Part shown: piece by piece, positions 33,668 to 42,802 of the stretch | How positions within the stretch are numbered: the first letter of the stretch is position 1 | Layout of the letters: each line of letters opens with the position of its first letter | From: a virus | Lineage: Duplodnaviria; Caudoviricetes | DNA: 64,000 nt | Direction: 5' to 3' (one strand) | Virus record (IMG/VR): IMGVR_UViG_3300049988_000245 | Coordinates: 128,001 to 192,000 of that record | The notes under the pieces: model-generated | The model's database searches: none | What the model saw: only the letters and a program-made list of their open reading frames with translations | Told to the model about the DNA's origin: nothing | Translations under genes and position numbers: made by a program

Positions 33668-34861
33668 ATGTTTCGCAGATCAAACATCACTCCGCGCCTC
33701 GACTGGCAGTCTCACTTGGAAATCGCAGGTGTGAGCTACCACACCAACGAGGATGGGTCGGCCTATTGGGACGAGACTGTCTGCTATCGGTTCGAAAAGA
33801 CCGAGGCCGAGACGATCCGCGATGCCACGCGTGAGCTTCAGCGAGTCGCCATGCTGGCAGTCGATCATGTGATCCGGAATCCCGCGCTGATTACCGAGCG
33901 GTTCGGCCTCCCGCAGGCGTACGTCCCCTACCTTCAGCGGTCCTGGCTGCGTCGTGATCCGAACATCGTGGCTCGGCTCGATCTCGCCTATGATCCGGAC
34001 ACCCGCGCGGTGAAGCTGATCGAGTACAACGCCGACGCCACCGGGCTAGTCTTGGAGATGAACGCCCAGGCGGAATGGAAGCGCGCGTTCATGCCGAACG
34101 CGAAGCAGTTGAACTCGCTCGACGCCAAATTGACCGCTCGCTACCAGAATCTCCATTCCGGTCTGACCGACCGGACGTTGCATTTCGTCTCCCTCGGCGG
34201 CAAGCCGGACGAGGAGAATCCCGATCGGGGCTGGTCGGAGGAGGAGTTCAACACCTGCCTCTACATGATGAAGAAGGCGGCGGATGCGGGTTTCGAGACC
34301 CACTGGATGCACATCGAAGACGTGCAGCACAATCGGATCGAGGGGTTTATCGACCTCGACTACAACCCGATCAAGAATCTGGTGAAGCTCTACCCGTGGG
34401 ACTGGACCATCGCGGACGATCCCGAGGCGACCATGACGGAGGACCGTACCCGCGTGATCGAGCCCGTGTGGACCACGATCCTGTCGAACAAGGCGATCCT
34501 GCCGATCCTGTGGGAGCTTTTCCCGGATCACCCGAACCTGCTGCCGACGTTCTTCGGCGACACCTCCGATCTCACCCTGAACGAGTCGGGTAACTATTTC
34601 GTCAAGCCGATCACCTCACGGTGGGGCTCGAACATCCGCTACGTCCGGGATCACGAAGTGATCGAGGCCACCGAGGGCCGGTATGCGGACAAACCCTTGA
34701 TCTATCAGGCGGCGGGCGTGGTCCCGCAGTTCGATGGACAACACGTCGTCATCGGCTCGTTCGTCGTTGGCGACCAGCCCGCCGGAATCATCCTGCGGGA
34801 ATCCGAGAGCGCCATCGTCCGGGGTGAGTCCCGCGTGGTGCCCCATTATGTGATGGAGTAG
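33668..34861 (+). CDS. Glutathionylspermidine synthase family protein (YgiC/YjfC-like ATP-grasp)
   Basis: YWDET, ARLDLAY, KLIEYNAD, KLYPWDW, IEPVWTTILSNKAIL, GIILRE. Confidence 0.88.
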   Translation: MFRRSNITPRLDWQSHLEIAGVSYHTNEDGSAYWDETVCYRFEKTEAETIRDATRELQRVAMLAVDHVIRNPALITERFGLPQAYVPYLQRSWLRRDPNIVARLDLAYDPDTRAVKLIEYNADATGLVLEMNAQAEWKRAFMPNAKQLNSLDAKLTARYQNLHSGLTDRTLHFVSLGGKPDEENPDRGWSEEEFNTCLYMMKKAADAGFETHWMHIEDVQHNRIEGFIDLDYNPIKNLVKLYPWDWTIADDPEATMTEDRTRVIEPVWTTILSNKAILPILWELFPDHPNLLPTFFGDTSDLTLNESGNYFVKPITSRWGSNIRYVRDHEVIEATEGRYADKPLIYQAAGVVPQFDGQHVVIGSFVVGDQPAGIILRESESAIVRGESRVVPHYVME

Positions 34862-34863
34862 GC

Positions 34864-35538
34864 ATGGGTACACGTGGCGCAGTAGGTTTTCGCGTGGATG
34901 GCGTCGATCGCGTCGTCTACAATCATTCGGACAGCTATCCGGAAGGTCTCGGCCACTCGACGCTGGAATTCGTCGTCGAGCAGAACGTCAATCATCGGGG
35001 CAACCTCGTCCCCGCCCTGGCCGAGCAGGCGCGCAAGATGATTCCGGTCGAGGAAGATGCGGTCCCGACCCCGGAGCAGATCAAGGAACTCGAACGGTTC
35101 ACGGACCGTACGGTCAACGGCGGCAAGGTCGATTTCTACTCCGTCCTACGCAAGACCCAAGGGCATCTCGACCTGATGCTGGAGGCCCGGTATTATGCGG
35201 GGAACGAAGGCTTCCTGCTCGACGGACTGTTCTGTGAGCACGCCTACATCATCAATCTCGATTCCGGCATGCTCGAATACTACAGCGGCTTCGTCACGAT
35301 GGAACACGCCGACAAGGCGGACAAGTTAGGCCGCTACTGGCACGCGGACGTGCTCCAGAAGCAACGGGAGGAGGCGGGCGGTAAGCCGGTCGAGTACGGT
35401 CCGGTGGCCCTGTGCGCGGAATTCCCCCTCGGCGACATCAACAAGGTTGAGGACGTGGAAGTGTACGTCAAACGAATGTCGGCCGCCTACAAAGCGCTTC
35501 GGGTGATGCTGAAAGAAGATGACGACGACGACGAATAA
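34864..35538 (+). CDS. Hypothetical phage protein
   Basis: MGTRG...YNHSDSYPEGLG, FCEHAYIINLD; acidic tail. Confidence 0.7.
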   Translation: MGTRGAVGFRVDGVDRVVYNHSDSYPEGLGHSTLEFVVEQNVNHRGNLVPALAEQARKMIPVEEDAVPTPEQIKELERFTDRTVNGGKVDFYSVLRKTQGHLDLMLEARYYAGNEGFLLDGLFCEHAYIINLDSGMLEYYSGFVTMEHADKADKLGRYWHADVLQKQREEAGGKPVEYGPVALCAEFPLGDINKVEDVEVYVKRMSAAYKALRVMLKEDDDDDE

Positions 35539-35540
35539 AG

Positions 35541-35572
35541 GAAAGGGCGGCGCCGAAAGCGCCGCCCTTTTT
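35541..35572. terminator. Bidirectional terminator between convergent operons
   Basis: AAAGGGCGGCGC-CGAAA-GCGCCGCCCTTTTT. Confidence 0.75.
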
Positions 35573-35849
35573 ACATCCACCGAAGTTTGAACTCGAATGC
35601 CAGGGCCGTCTCGACCTCAAGCTGACGGTACCACGCTTTGCGCATCATACCCCACTTCAGATTGAGGCCCCGCCCCTCACACCAGAGAATGGGTTCGCAA
35701 TTATGGGCAATATCCATTGTCTCGCATTCAACATAGATGAGCGCGCGATTCTGACCCCTCTTGTAGATGTTCACAAGAAAGCTCCCATAATCGGGTTTCT
35801 TGTAGAGCTTGCCCTTGCCGCGCAGGCCCGCGCTTGGAAAATCCCACAT
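35571..35849 (-). CDS. FKxRW-family small protein (member 18)
   Basis: Start moved to MWDF (TAATG overlap); LWCEGRG ... VETALAFEFKLRWM. Confidence 0.7.
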   Translation of the reverse strand: MWDFPSAGLRGKGKLYKKPDYGSFLVNIYKRGQNRALIYVECETMDIAHNCEPILWCEGRGLNLKWGMMRKAWYRQLEVETALAFEFKLRWM

Positions 35850-36154
35850 TATCCGAATCTCATCTTGAAGCCGAACGCGGTGTTCTCGTCGGTGAACGTG
35901 AAGACGATGGTCGTGTGTCTGCATTCGAGCGTGAATTCGCCGACCGCCTCATCCCCTCGCATCCAATAGCCGATCGGCCCGCGCCCGAAGGCATGGAACT
36001 CCATGATCGGGTCATCGTACTGAATCCTTGTGGATTGCTGTTTCCCGAACATCCAGGGGATGGATTGCCCCGTGGTGGGTCGGGGCCACGATATCGCAAC
36101 GGGGTATGCGAGAATCGCGACAGTTTCCTTGATGTCGATTCGCTTCGCTGCCAT
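35849..36154 (-). CDS. FKxRW-family small protein (member 19)
   Basis: Ends FTFTDENTAFGFKMRFG. Confidence 0.7.
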   Translation of the reverse strand: MAAKRIDIKETVAILAYPVAISWPRPTTGQSIPWMFGKQQSTRIQYDDPIMEFHAFGRGPIGYWMRGDEAVGEFTLECRHTTIVFTFTDENTAFGFKMRFG

Positions 36155-36157
36155 CGG

Positions 36158-36742
36158 TCAAGTCCATGTCATACGAAATTCGAACGCAAAGTTGGGGTCC
36201 TTGAATCGCAGTGCACCTTTCCAGCGGACCACACCGTCGCCGTAACGGGCGATCGCCCAGGCATGGGCGGTTTCGCGGTTCTTCGTCAGCCGCACAGCAA
36301 CGGGAAAGTCCCGTGGGACGGATTCAAAGAACGCTTCGATTTCGGCGATCTCCTGCCGGAACGCCTCGTACGATCCGGTTAGGCCGACGCAGCGATAGCG
36401 CCAACCATCGGGGCTCCCCTGGGCGTGGTACCGGACTTCCCAGAGTGGACGCTGAACGGTCAACAAACTGTTCTCTCGGGCGACCTTGAACCGCCTCTCC
36501 TGAATCTGTCGCTTCGCCATCGTTTTCTTGCGCGATCCGCTCCGCGTCGGAGAGATGCCGAATTTTCCGATCGGGGCAAGATGACGATGCAGGAAGGCCA
36601 TCTCGGCGATCGTTGGAGCGGCCTGGACCGGCTCCCAGAAATGCTTCGACGATTCCGGGCAGGCGAAGCCTTGCGGACCCGGCCCGGTGCCGCGCCTGCG
36701 CTTGAGATCGTTCTTCGTTCGTGGAGTTCGAGAGGTCAGCAT
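36158..36742 (-). CDS. FKxRW-family protein with basic N-terminal extension (member 20)
   Basis: AWAIARYG ... LRFKDPNFAFEFRMTWT. Confidence 0.65.
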   Translation of the reverse strand: MLTSRTPRTKNDLKRRRGTGPGPQGFACPESSKHFWEPVQAAPTIAEMAFLHRHLAPIGKFGISPTRSGSRKKTMAKRQIQERRFKVARENSLLTVQRPLWEVRYHAQGSPDGWRYRCVGLTGSYEAFRQEIAEIEAFFESVPRDFPVAVRLTKNRETAHAWAIARYGDGVVRWKGALRFKDPNFAFEFRMTWT

Positions 36743-36765
36743 GAATCCAGTGTAGACTGATTTTG

Positions 36766-36782
36766 ATTTCGTACAACGAATT
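36766..36782. promoter_or_regulatory. Palindromic operator-like site
   Basis: ATTTCGT-ACA-ACGAATT between divergent operons, upstream of hsp20. Confidence 0.55.
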
Positions 36783-36808
36783 TATTGCGCGATGATTAAC
36801 GAGTGTTT

Positions 36809-36816
36809 TATAAATA
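36809..36816 (+). promoter_or_regulatory. Full T4-type late promoter TATAAATA
   Basis: Exact match to the T4 late consensus upstream of hsp20. Confidence 0.65.
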
Positions 36817-36845
36817 CTTTCGAGCAGTCCACAAAGGATGCTTGC

Positions 36846-36905
36846 CTGACGCCCTCGGGGTCAGAAATTTACAATTCTCGCTTTCATTAGGAGATACATA
36901 TTATG
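36846..36905 (+). promoter_or_regulatory. ROSE-like RNA thermometer in the hsp20 5' UTR
   Basis: TCTC-G-CT/AGGAGA hairpin (36876-36894) with UCGCU and a bulged G opposite the SD; upstream helix CTGAC/GTCAG. Confidence 0.65.
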
Positions 36906-37460
36906 TCTAATAATCGCACCCTCACACCTGAGCAGTTGATTCGTCATTTCATCGGCTATGACCGAGTTGCTGCCAACTCCTCCGCATTTCCCCCGCATAA
37001 CATCGAGAAGCTGACCGAGGACGCCTACCGTCTGACACTGGCGGTTGCCGGTTTCGATCGCAGCGAGATCGAGATGTACGAGCACAAGGGGACGCTCACG
37101 ATCTCCGGCCGTAAGAAGCCCACGTCCCAAGAATCACGTTCCGTTCGTGGTGACCTCGATGTGGATGCGCTCAACGAATGGGCTGATTCCAAAGGCAAGG
37201 TCAACGTCGATCCGCGTGAGCGCGCCGCCGCGTCGCAAGCCGCCCTCAAGGCGCGATTCGGGATTGACGAGGCCCCGCCGACGCCGAGCCCCGTGTTCCT
37301 CCACCAGGGTATCGCCCTGCGCGATTGGGACCGCCAATTCAATCTCGGCGAGTTCATTGAGGTGCGTGGCGCCTCCATGGCAAACGGTCTGTTGATGATC
37401 GATCTGGAGCGCCGTGTTCCTGAAGCACACAAGCCCAAGCTGATCGACATCCGCGCGTAA
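36903..37460 (+). CDS. Small heat-shock protein (Hsp20/IbpA-like) with internal insertion
   Basis: FPPHNIEK, YRLTLAVAGF, LHQGIALRDWDRQF, ASMANGLLMIDLER.VPEAHKPK.I.I. Confidence 0.92.
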   Translation: MSNNRTLTPEQLIRHFIGYDRVAANSSAFPPHNIEKLTEDAYRLTLAVAGFDRSEIEMYEHKGTLTISGRKKPTSQESRSVRGDLDVDALNEWADSKGKVNVDPRERAAASQAALKARFGIDEAPPTPSPVFLHQGIALRDWDRQFNLGEFIEVRGASMANGLLMIDLERRVPEAHKPKLIDIRA

Positions 37461-37523
37461 TTATTGCATTCGCACCCGGTGGGTCGTTAGGCTCACCGGG
37501 TACCGCAACATTACGAGGCGCGC

Positions 37524-37817
37524 ATGTCAACGGCGACCGACACTCTGACGAAGACCCAACTCAAGGTCCCTTCGATGTGGAAAGTGCTACTCCACAACGA
37601 CGATTACACCCCGATGGATTTCGTGATCGAGATTCTGATTCAGGTGTTCCACAAGGGCGCGGAAGAGGCCCACACGCTGACGATGGCGGTCCACAATCAG
37701 GGCAAGGCGAACGTCGGCCTGTACACGAAAGAGATCGCCGAGACCAAGGTGCTTCAGGTCGAGCGGATTGCGCGGGAAGCTGGTCATCCGCTAAAGGTTA
37801 CAGCAGAAGAAGCATAA
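37524..37817 (+). CDS. clpS: Clp protease adaptor ClpS
   Basis: WKVLLHNDDYTPMDFVIEIL...VHNQGKA.VGLY..EIAETKV...GHPL. Confidence 0.93.
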   Translation: MSTATDTLTKTQLKVPSMWKVLLHNDDYTPMDFVIEILIQVFHKGAEEAHTLTMAVHNQGKANVGLYTKEIAETKVLQVERIAREAGHPLKVTAEEA

Positions 37818-37881
37818 CCAAACAAAAACACCCGCCTGAATAAATAAGCTTGTCTTAAACTTTCAGGTGGTAAACAAAAGA

Positions 37882-38178
37882 ATGTCGCGCCCTAAGCCGT
37901 CCATTCTGCTCGATTACACAGACCCGAAGACGTACAAAGCTGAGCAGGTTCTCAAGGCTGAGGCGATCTACGCGGTGTTCTATGATGGGCAGCCGATCAA
38001 TCTACGTTCTCTGAACGTACTTCTCGATTATCCGGGTCCAAAGTACAAGAAGGTTTCCTTCTCGAATCCTGGGCATGCATTCAACTTGTCGGAGAAGCTT
38101 AATAAGCTCTTCAAGACTAACAAGTTCGAAGTGTTTATGCTCTCAGAAGGCAAGAAGATTACCGAAACGGACGAATGA
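37882..38178 (+). CDS. Hypothetical protein of a type common in large phages
   Basis: MSRPKP...PGPKYKKVSFSNPGHAFNL; TAAATA at 37842-37847. Confidence 0.7.
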   Translation: MSRPKPSILLDYTDPKTYKAEQVLKAEAIYAVFYDGQPINLRSLNVLLDYPGPKYKKVSFSNPGHAFNLSEKLNKLFKTNKFEVFMLSEGKKITETDE

Positions 38179-38573
38179 ATCCCGTTCACACCGCCATCGT
38201 CCGGCGTGTGCGCGAAACCATAACGCTGGAGGGCAAAAAGAAAAAGCTCTCCAGCGCTCTTGCTCTGCTGACTGACGAGCAGGTAGCTCGAATGATGTTC
38301 TCCAACTTCCGGGGGAAGGGGAATGAGACCCGAGGGATGCGCCTAACCAGTGGCGGCCTCAAAATGATGCTGTCATGCTTCCAGCACGTTGAGGTGATTC
38401 TCCCTAAGGCCAGAAAACTTCAAGCGGGCGAACTCGTCTATTTGGATCGTCGTGCGAAGCTCCCTTACTACTGCACCGACGAAAAACTTGTCGTCTTCGA
38501 GACAGAGTTGGGGATGAAGATTAAGCTCTACGGGGGCGATATCAACGCGATCATCGCCGTGGAATCCTACTAG
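38175..38573 (+). CDS. Hypothetical protein
   Basis: ATGA overlap with the previous gene. Confidence 0.6.
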   Translation: MNPVHTAIVRRVRETITLEGKKKKLSSALALLTDEQVARMMFSNFRGKGNETRGMRLTSGGLKMMLSCFQHVEVILPKARKLQAGELVYLDRRAKLPYYCTDEKLVVFETELGMKIKLYGGDINAIIAVESY

Positions 38574-38596
38574 GATTAACCATAAGCGAATCTCCC

Positions 38597-38615
38597 AATT
38601 TCGTTCGACGAAATT
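38597..38615. promoter_or_regulatory. Palindromic operator-like site (perfect 8-bp arms)
   Basis: AATTTCGT-TCG-ACGAAATT just before a TTGACC -35 box. Confidence 0.65.
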
Positions 38616-38716
38616 CGCTTGACCGGCTTCGGAATGCTGGTAGAAATGACCTCGTTGATAGCGGATTTCGATGCGGGGCGCATCGGACGGGCCTTCATTC
38701 TAGAGGAAGCATTTAA

Positions 38717-40222
38717 ATGAGCAAGAGCAGCAAGAAGATCGAGAGCACCCAGCTTAAGCCGTCCGAAATCTCTGCCGCAATTCGCGCCGCAATGAAGACC
38801 GATCGGTCTGCATTCATCTGGGGTCCCCCCGGAATTTCGAAGTCCCAGGTCTCCTCGCAGATCGCCACCGACATGGGCATCGCCTTCGTCGATTTCCGCC
38901 TCTCCCAGCTTGACCCGACCGATCTGCGCGGCATCCCCTACCCGACCAAGGTCGGCGGTCGCGAGGGCGTTCGGTGGTCCATCCCCTACGCTCTGCCGGT
39001 GGACATGGACCTGACGTTCACCGTCCGCATCGACGACGCCGACGAGACCCGCGTCGAGGTGTCCAACCCCAAGGGCTCCAACGGCATCCACTACGTCACC
39101 AACCCGCGCATCCGCGTCACCTCGCTCACCGATGGTGTCACCGCCCAGGTGATCCAGCAGTACGAGACCGACGAGGACGGCGAGGTCGTGTACTACGATG
39201 ACGAGGGCACCCTCGTGAAGGCTCTCACCGGTACCCCGGTGGTCGATTTCCTGGCGGCCCAGAAGCTCGGCAAGCACCCGGCCAACGTCGCCCCGGTCAA
39301 GGTGAACAACCTCGACAGCGTCGTGATCCTTCTCACCGATGATGCCACGGGCAAGCCCACCACGGGTCGCGTCCGTATCGTCGGCACCGGAAAGGCCCGC
39401 GCGGTCCTCGCCCTGGAGGAGTTCAACTCGGCTCCCCCGTCCGTGCAGGCGTCGGCCTACCAGTTCGTGCTCGATCGTCGCCTCGGCGAGTACATCGTGC
39501 CGAAGGGTGTGAAGATCATCGCCATGGGTAACCGTGACACCGACAAGGGCGTCACCTACAAGATGCCCACCCCGATCGCCAACCGCTTCATCCACTTGGA
39601 GATGCGTCCGGACTTCGAGGACTGGCAGATTTGGGCGCTCAAGCACGAGGTGCACCCGGACGTGGTCGGCTACCTCTCGGCGTTCAAGCAGCAACTCTTC
39701 GACTTCGATCCCGGCACGGCGGCCCGTGGCTTCGCCACTCCGCGTTCCTGGCACTATGTGTCGGACCTCCTGCAACAGAACGGCGATCTCCCCGAGATGG
39801 TCGGCGTCGGTCTGGTGACCGGCTCGGTCGGCGATGGACCCGGCCTCCAGTTCTGGGAGTTCCGCAAGATCGCCCGTGACCTGCCCGAGGCGGACAAAAT
39901 CCTCTCCGGCCAACTCAAGAAGATGCCCCGTCAGGTCGAGATTTCGCTCGCCTACGCTCTGACCACGACCCTGTGCTACGAGTTGAAGGAGCGTTACTCG
40001 AAGTTCGAGCGCAAGCAGGGCTGGCAGAACGGCGAGGATTACAAGAAGTGGATGTCGGAGGCTGACAACTTCATCGAGTTCCTGATGGAGAACTTCCAGC
40101 CCGAGATCAGCATCATGGCGACCCGCGCTGCGGTGCAGGTTCACAAGCTGCCGTTCCACATGAGCAAGATGAAGAACTTCCTCAAGTTCGCCGAGAAGTA
40201 CCGCAGCCTCGTGATGTCCTAA
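38717..40222 (+). CDS. MoxR-type AAA+ ATPase with a large insertion
   Basis: WGPPGISKS, RLSQLDPTDLRG, LEEFNSA, GNR..DKG, NRF.HL, TPRSW. Confidence 0.85.
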   Translation: MSKSSKKIESTQLKPSEISAAIRAAMKTDRSAFIWGPPGISKSQVSSQIATDMGIAFVDFRLSQLDPTDLRGIPYPTKVGGREGVRWSIPYALPVDMDLTFTVRIDDADETRVEVSNPKGSNGIHYVTNPRIRVTSLTDGVTAQVIQQYETDEDGEVVYYDDEGTLVKALTGTPVVDFLAAQKLGKHPANVAPVKVNNLDSVVILLTDDATGKPTTGRVRIVGTGKARAVLALEEFNSAPPSVQASAYQFVLDRRLGEYIVPKGVKIIAMGNRDTDKGVTYKMPTPIANRFIHLEMRPDFEDWQIWALKHEVHPDVVGYLSAFKQQLFDFDPGTAARGFATPRSWHYVSDLLQQNGDLPEMVGVGLVTGSVGDGPGLQFWEFRKIARDLPEADKILSGQLKKMPRQVEISLAYALTTTLCYELKERYSKFERKQGWQNGEDYKKWMSEADNFIEFLMENFQPEISIMATRAAVQVHKLPFHMSKMKNFLKFAEKYRSLVMS

Positions 40223-40243
40223 TCCGGGCATCTGATGCGAAGA

Positions 40244-40271
40244 ATGGCCGGGGAGAAATCCCCGGCCATTA
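40244..40271 (+). terminator. Terminator-like hairpin
   Basis: ATGGCCGGGGA-GAAA-TCCCCGGCCAT. Confidence 0.6.
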
Positions 40272-40312
40272 TCTTTTGTGAAAGAACAAGTCCTAATTAA
40301 CCAATTGGCCGA

Positions 40313-40329
40313 TTTTCGTTTGACGAATT
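40313..40329. promoter_or_regulatory. Operator-like site overlapping a TTGACG -35 box
   Basis: TTTTCGT-TTG-ACGAATT. Confidence 0.55.
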
Positions 40330-40373
40330 TGCCGGTTGTGGTCTAATCGGGCATCAGCAACCACGAGGATATT

Positions 40374-41738
40374 ATGGCGGACATCAACGACCCCATTTAC
40401 CAGCTAATCGTCGCCGCGCGCGTCCAGCTACTTTTCGATAAGCCGTTCTTCGGCAACGTCGCCGCGCGCCTGATCCTCGTGGATGCCACGGACTGGTGCG
40501 GCACCGCCGCCACCGATGGCCGCCACCTCTACTACAATCGCGAGTTCATCAAGTCGCTCCAGAAGGACGAGTTGATGTTCCTCGTGGCGCACGAAATCCT
40601 GCACTGCATCTACGACCACCTTGGTCGGCGCGGCGGACGTGATCCGAAGCTGCTCAACATGGCGCAGGACTACGTGATCAATTACACGCTGATCGAGGAC
40701 CGCTGCGGAAAGATGCCCGACATGGGCCTTTACGATAAGCGCTTCCCCGACACGATGCTGTCCGAGGAGGTCTACGAAATCCTCAAGAAAGAGTCCGTGA
40801 CCATCCGGATGCCGCTCGACGAGCATCTGGACCTGCTCGGCGAGGACCCGAAGGACGATAAGGACGACGGCGGCGGCTCCGGCGACCAGAACGGCAAGGG
40901 CCAGAAGTACGTCGATGTCACCGTGATGGGCAAGAACGGCCCGCCCAAGCTGACCGAGGAGGACATCGCCAAGATCAGGTCGGAGATCAAGGCGTCGGTG
41001 ATCCAGGCCGCCCAGGCGGCCGGTGCGGGCAACGTGCCCCGTGGCGTCGCCCGGATGATCGAAGACCTGATCAACCCGAAGCTCGACTGGCGCACCCTGC
41101 TGGACGCGCACATTCGTTCGTCGGTGAAGGACGACTACACGCTCCAGCGGATGTCTCGCAAGACTTCGGCGCTCCGCTATGCGGCGAGCGAGGAGCAGAA
41201 CGCCCGTGCCATGGGCACGGCGGACGACGAGCATTTCGAGGGCGAGATGTCCGTCATGTCCGGCCTGGAGGATGACGACGACGCATCGTTCTCCGTGCCG
41301 ATGCTGCCGACCCAGGACTACATGAACACCGTGGACATCATGGTGGCCATCGATACGTCGGGCTCGATGACCGAGACGATGCTGCGTGACTTCCTGTCCG
41401 AGACCAAGGGGATCATGCAGACGTTCCGCGACTTCCGCGTCCGCGTCTGCACGTTCGACACCCAGCTTTACAACTACATGGAGTTCACGGGCGAGAATAT
41501 TGACTCGATCGATGACTACCCGATGGCAGGCGGCGGCGGCACCATGTTCGAGGCCGTGTGGGAGTACATGAAGCGCGAGGGTATCGAGCCCCACCGCCTC
41601 GTTCTGTTCACGGACGGTTATCCGAACTCCACCTGGGGCGACGAGGGCTACGTGGACACGCTGTTCGTGATCCACGGGAACAACCAGATCAAGGCCCCCT
41701 GGGGGATCACCTGCTACTACGAGGCCAACGAGGGCTGA
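40374..41738 (+). CDS. Zinc metallopeptidase-VWA protein (DUF2201-like), partner of MoxR
   Basis: TAATDG, AHEILH (HExxH), NMAQDYVIN; VAIDTSGSM MIDAS, GGGT, FTDG. Confidence 0.85.
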   Translation: MADINDPIYQLIVAARVQLLFDKPFFGNVAARLILVDATDWCGTAATDGRHLYYNREFIKSLQKDELMFLVAHEILHCIYDHLGRRGGRDPKLLNMAQDYVINYTLIEDRCGKMPDMGLYDKRFPDTMLSEEVYEILKKESVTIRMPLDEHLDLLGEDPKDDKDDGGGSGDQNGKGQKYVDVTVMGKNGPPKLTEEDIAKIRSEIKASVIQAAQAAGAGNVPRGVARMIEDLINPKLDWRTLLDAHIRSSVKDDYTLQRMSRKTSALRYAASEEQNARAMGTADDEHFEGEMSVMSGLEDDDDASFSVPMLPTQDYMNTVDIMVAIDTSGSMTETMLRDFLSETKGIMQTFRDFRVRVCTFDTQLYNYMEFTGENIDSIDDYPMAGGGGTMFEAVWEYMKREGIEPHRLVLFTDGYPNSTWGDEGYVDTLFVIHGNNQIKAPWGITCYYEANEG

Positions 41739-41760
41739 TCCGCTCCACGGCTAATCGATC

Positions 41761-41786
41761 AAGGGGGCTTGTGAGCCCCCTTTTTT
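41761..41786 (+). terminator. Rho-independent terminator
   Basis: AAGGGGGCT-TGTG-AGCCCCCTTTTTT. Confidence 0.75.
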
Positions 41787-41803
41787 GCGAGGAGAATCCG
41801 ATC

Positions 41804-42037
41804 ATGGCTTGCCCAAACATGCTCGACGAGGTTGTTCCGCTCGAAGTGATCGCCCAGGTGGCGGCGCGGTTAGACGTGCATCGGGTTACAGTTGGGCAAC
41901 TGTCGGCTATCCGCGCCCCAGAGGTGATCGCGTGGCTCAAGTCGGATGAGGCCGAGGGATCGCACCTGTCCGGTGCGGGGGAATGGTTATTCACCGACCT
42001 CGGTACGGCGATGGCGTTCAAATTGAGGTTCGGCTGA
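41804..42037 (+). CDS. FKxRW-family small protein (member 21)
   Basis: GAGGAG SD; AWLKSD ... LFTDLGTAMAFKLRFG. Confidence 0.7.
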   Translation: MACPNMLDEVVPLEVIAQVAARLDVHRVTVGQLSAIRAPEVIAWLKSDEAEGSHLSGAGEWLFTDLGTAMAFKLRFG

Positions 42038-42267
42038 TGTCCTGCGACCGCGCATGGTACCCGCCCACCCACAATGCGGTTGCGGGCTGGCCCATGGTCG
42101 AGATCACCGTGACCGAAGAGTCCTGGCCGGATATTGTCGATTGGATCGCCGGGGATGAGGCGCATGGGGAGTTCATCGACGGAATCGCGGTGTACTTCGA
42201 CCAAACCACGGCCCTTCGGTTCTCCGATCCGGACACGGCGTTCGCGTTCAAGATGAGGTTCGGGTGA
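42037..42267 (+). CDS. FKxRW-family small protein (member 22)
   Basis: TGATG overlap; DWIAGD ... RFSDPDTAFAFKMRFG. Confidence 0.7.
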   Translation: MSCDRAWYPPTHNAVAGWPMVEITVTEESWPDIVDWIAGDEAHGEFIDGIAVYFDQTTALRFSDPDTAFAFKMRFG

Positions 42268-42518
42268 TGGCCCTACTCCTCGCAGGCGCCCACGCGGCTC
42301 TGGAGCACAAGGTAATGGTCCCGCATGGGCGGTGGACCAAGATGCCGAACCCGATGAACCGCCGGATAGTCTCCCACGTGAGCCCGTTCGAAGGCCCATT
42401 CTTGGAATGGCTGAATGACCGGCCCGGTTCCTGGGACATGGAATCGCGGATCGATGGTTTGGAATTCGGGTTCTCAAATCGCGACACCGCGATGGAATTC
42501 AAAATGAGATTTGGTTGA
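42267..42518 (+). CDS. FKxRW-family small protein (member 23)
   Basis: TGATG overlap; EWLNDRPG ... GFSNRDTAMEFKMRFG. Confidence 0.7.
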   Translation: MALLLAGAHAALEHKVMVPHGRWTKMPNPMNRRIVSHVSPFEGPFLEWLNDRPGSWDMESRIDGLEFGFSNRDTAMEFKMRFG

Positions 42519-42802
42519 TGGACCGGAACGACCCTGCGGCGCACAAATTCATTGTCGGTCGGATCGAGCGCGAGGATATGCGATCGATCCTGTTCATCCT
42601 GCCCCATCACGAAAGCCGATTCCTGCTGGTGTTCGACTACACCGTCCAGGCGGATGGGAAGGGCTCTGCGTACGCACAGGAGATGTGGCACTGGATGGTC
42701 GAGCGCGGAATGGATTTGCAGCGCGATCAGCAGGCGTACTACGATTTTATGGCCTACGTGGATGCTGATCTGGCGATGGAATTCAAAGTCAGGTGGATGT
42801 AA
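42518..42802 (+). CDS. FKxRW-family small protein (member 24)
   Basis: TGATG overlap; HWMVERG ... YVDADLAMEFKVRWM. Confidence 0.7.
   Translation: MDRNDPAAHKFIVGRIEREDMRSILFILPHHESRFLLVFDYTVQADGKGSAYAQEMWHWMVERGMDLQRDQQAYYDFMAYVDADLAMEFKVRWM

Noticed and set aside
36166-36182. ACGAAATT operator half-site inside member 20
   Set aside because: Coding coincidence from the E-F-R-M codons; no second half-site
38990-39400. Intein in the MoxR ATPase
   Set aside because: Insertion lacks an N-terminal Cys/Ser, a His-Asn end and LAGLIDADG motifs
38576-41675. Long antisense ORFs (38576-40231, 40428-41675; likewise 24772-25722, 51311-52138, 57219-58334, 189-1172)
   Set aside because: Shadow frames opposite strongly codon-biased real genes in GC-rich DNA; no motifs or expression signals
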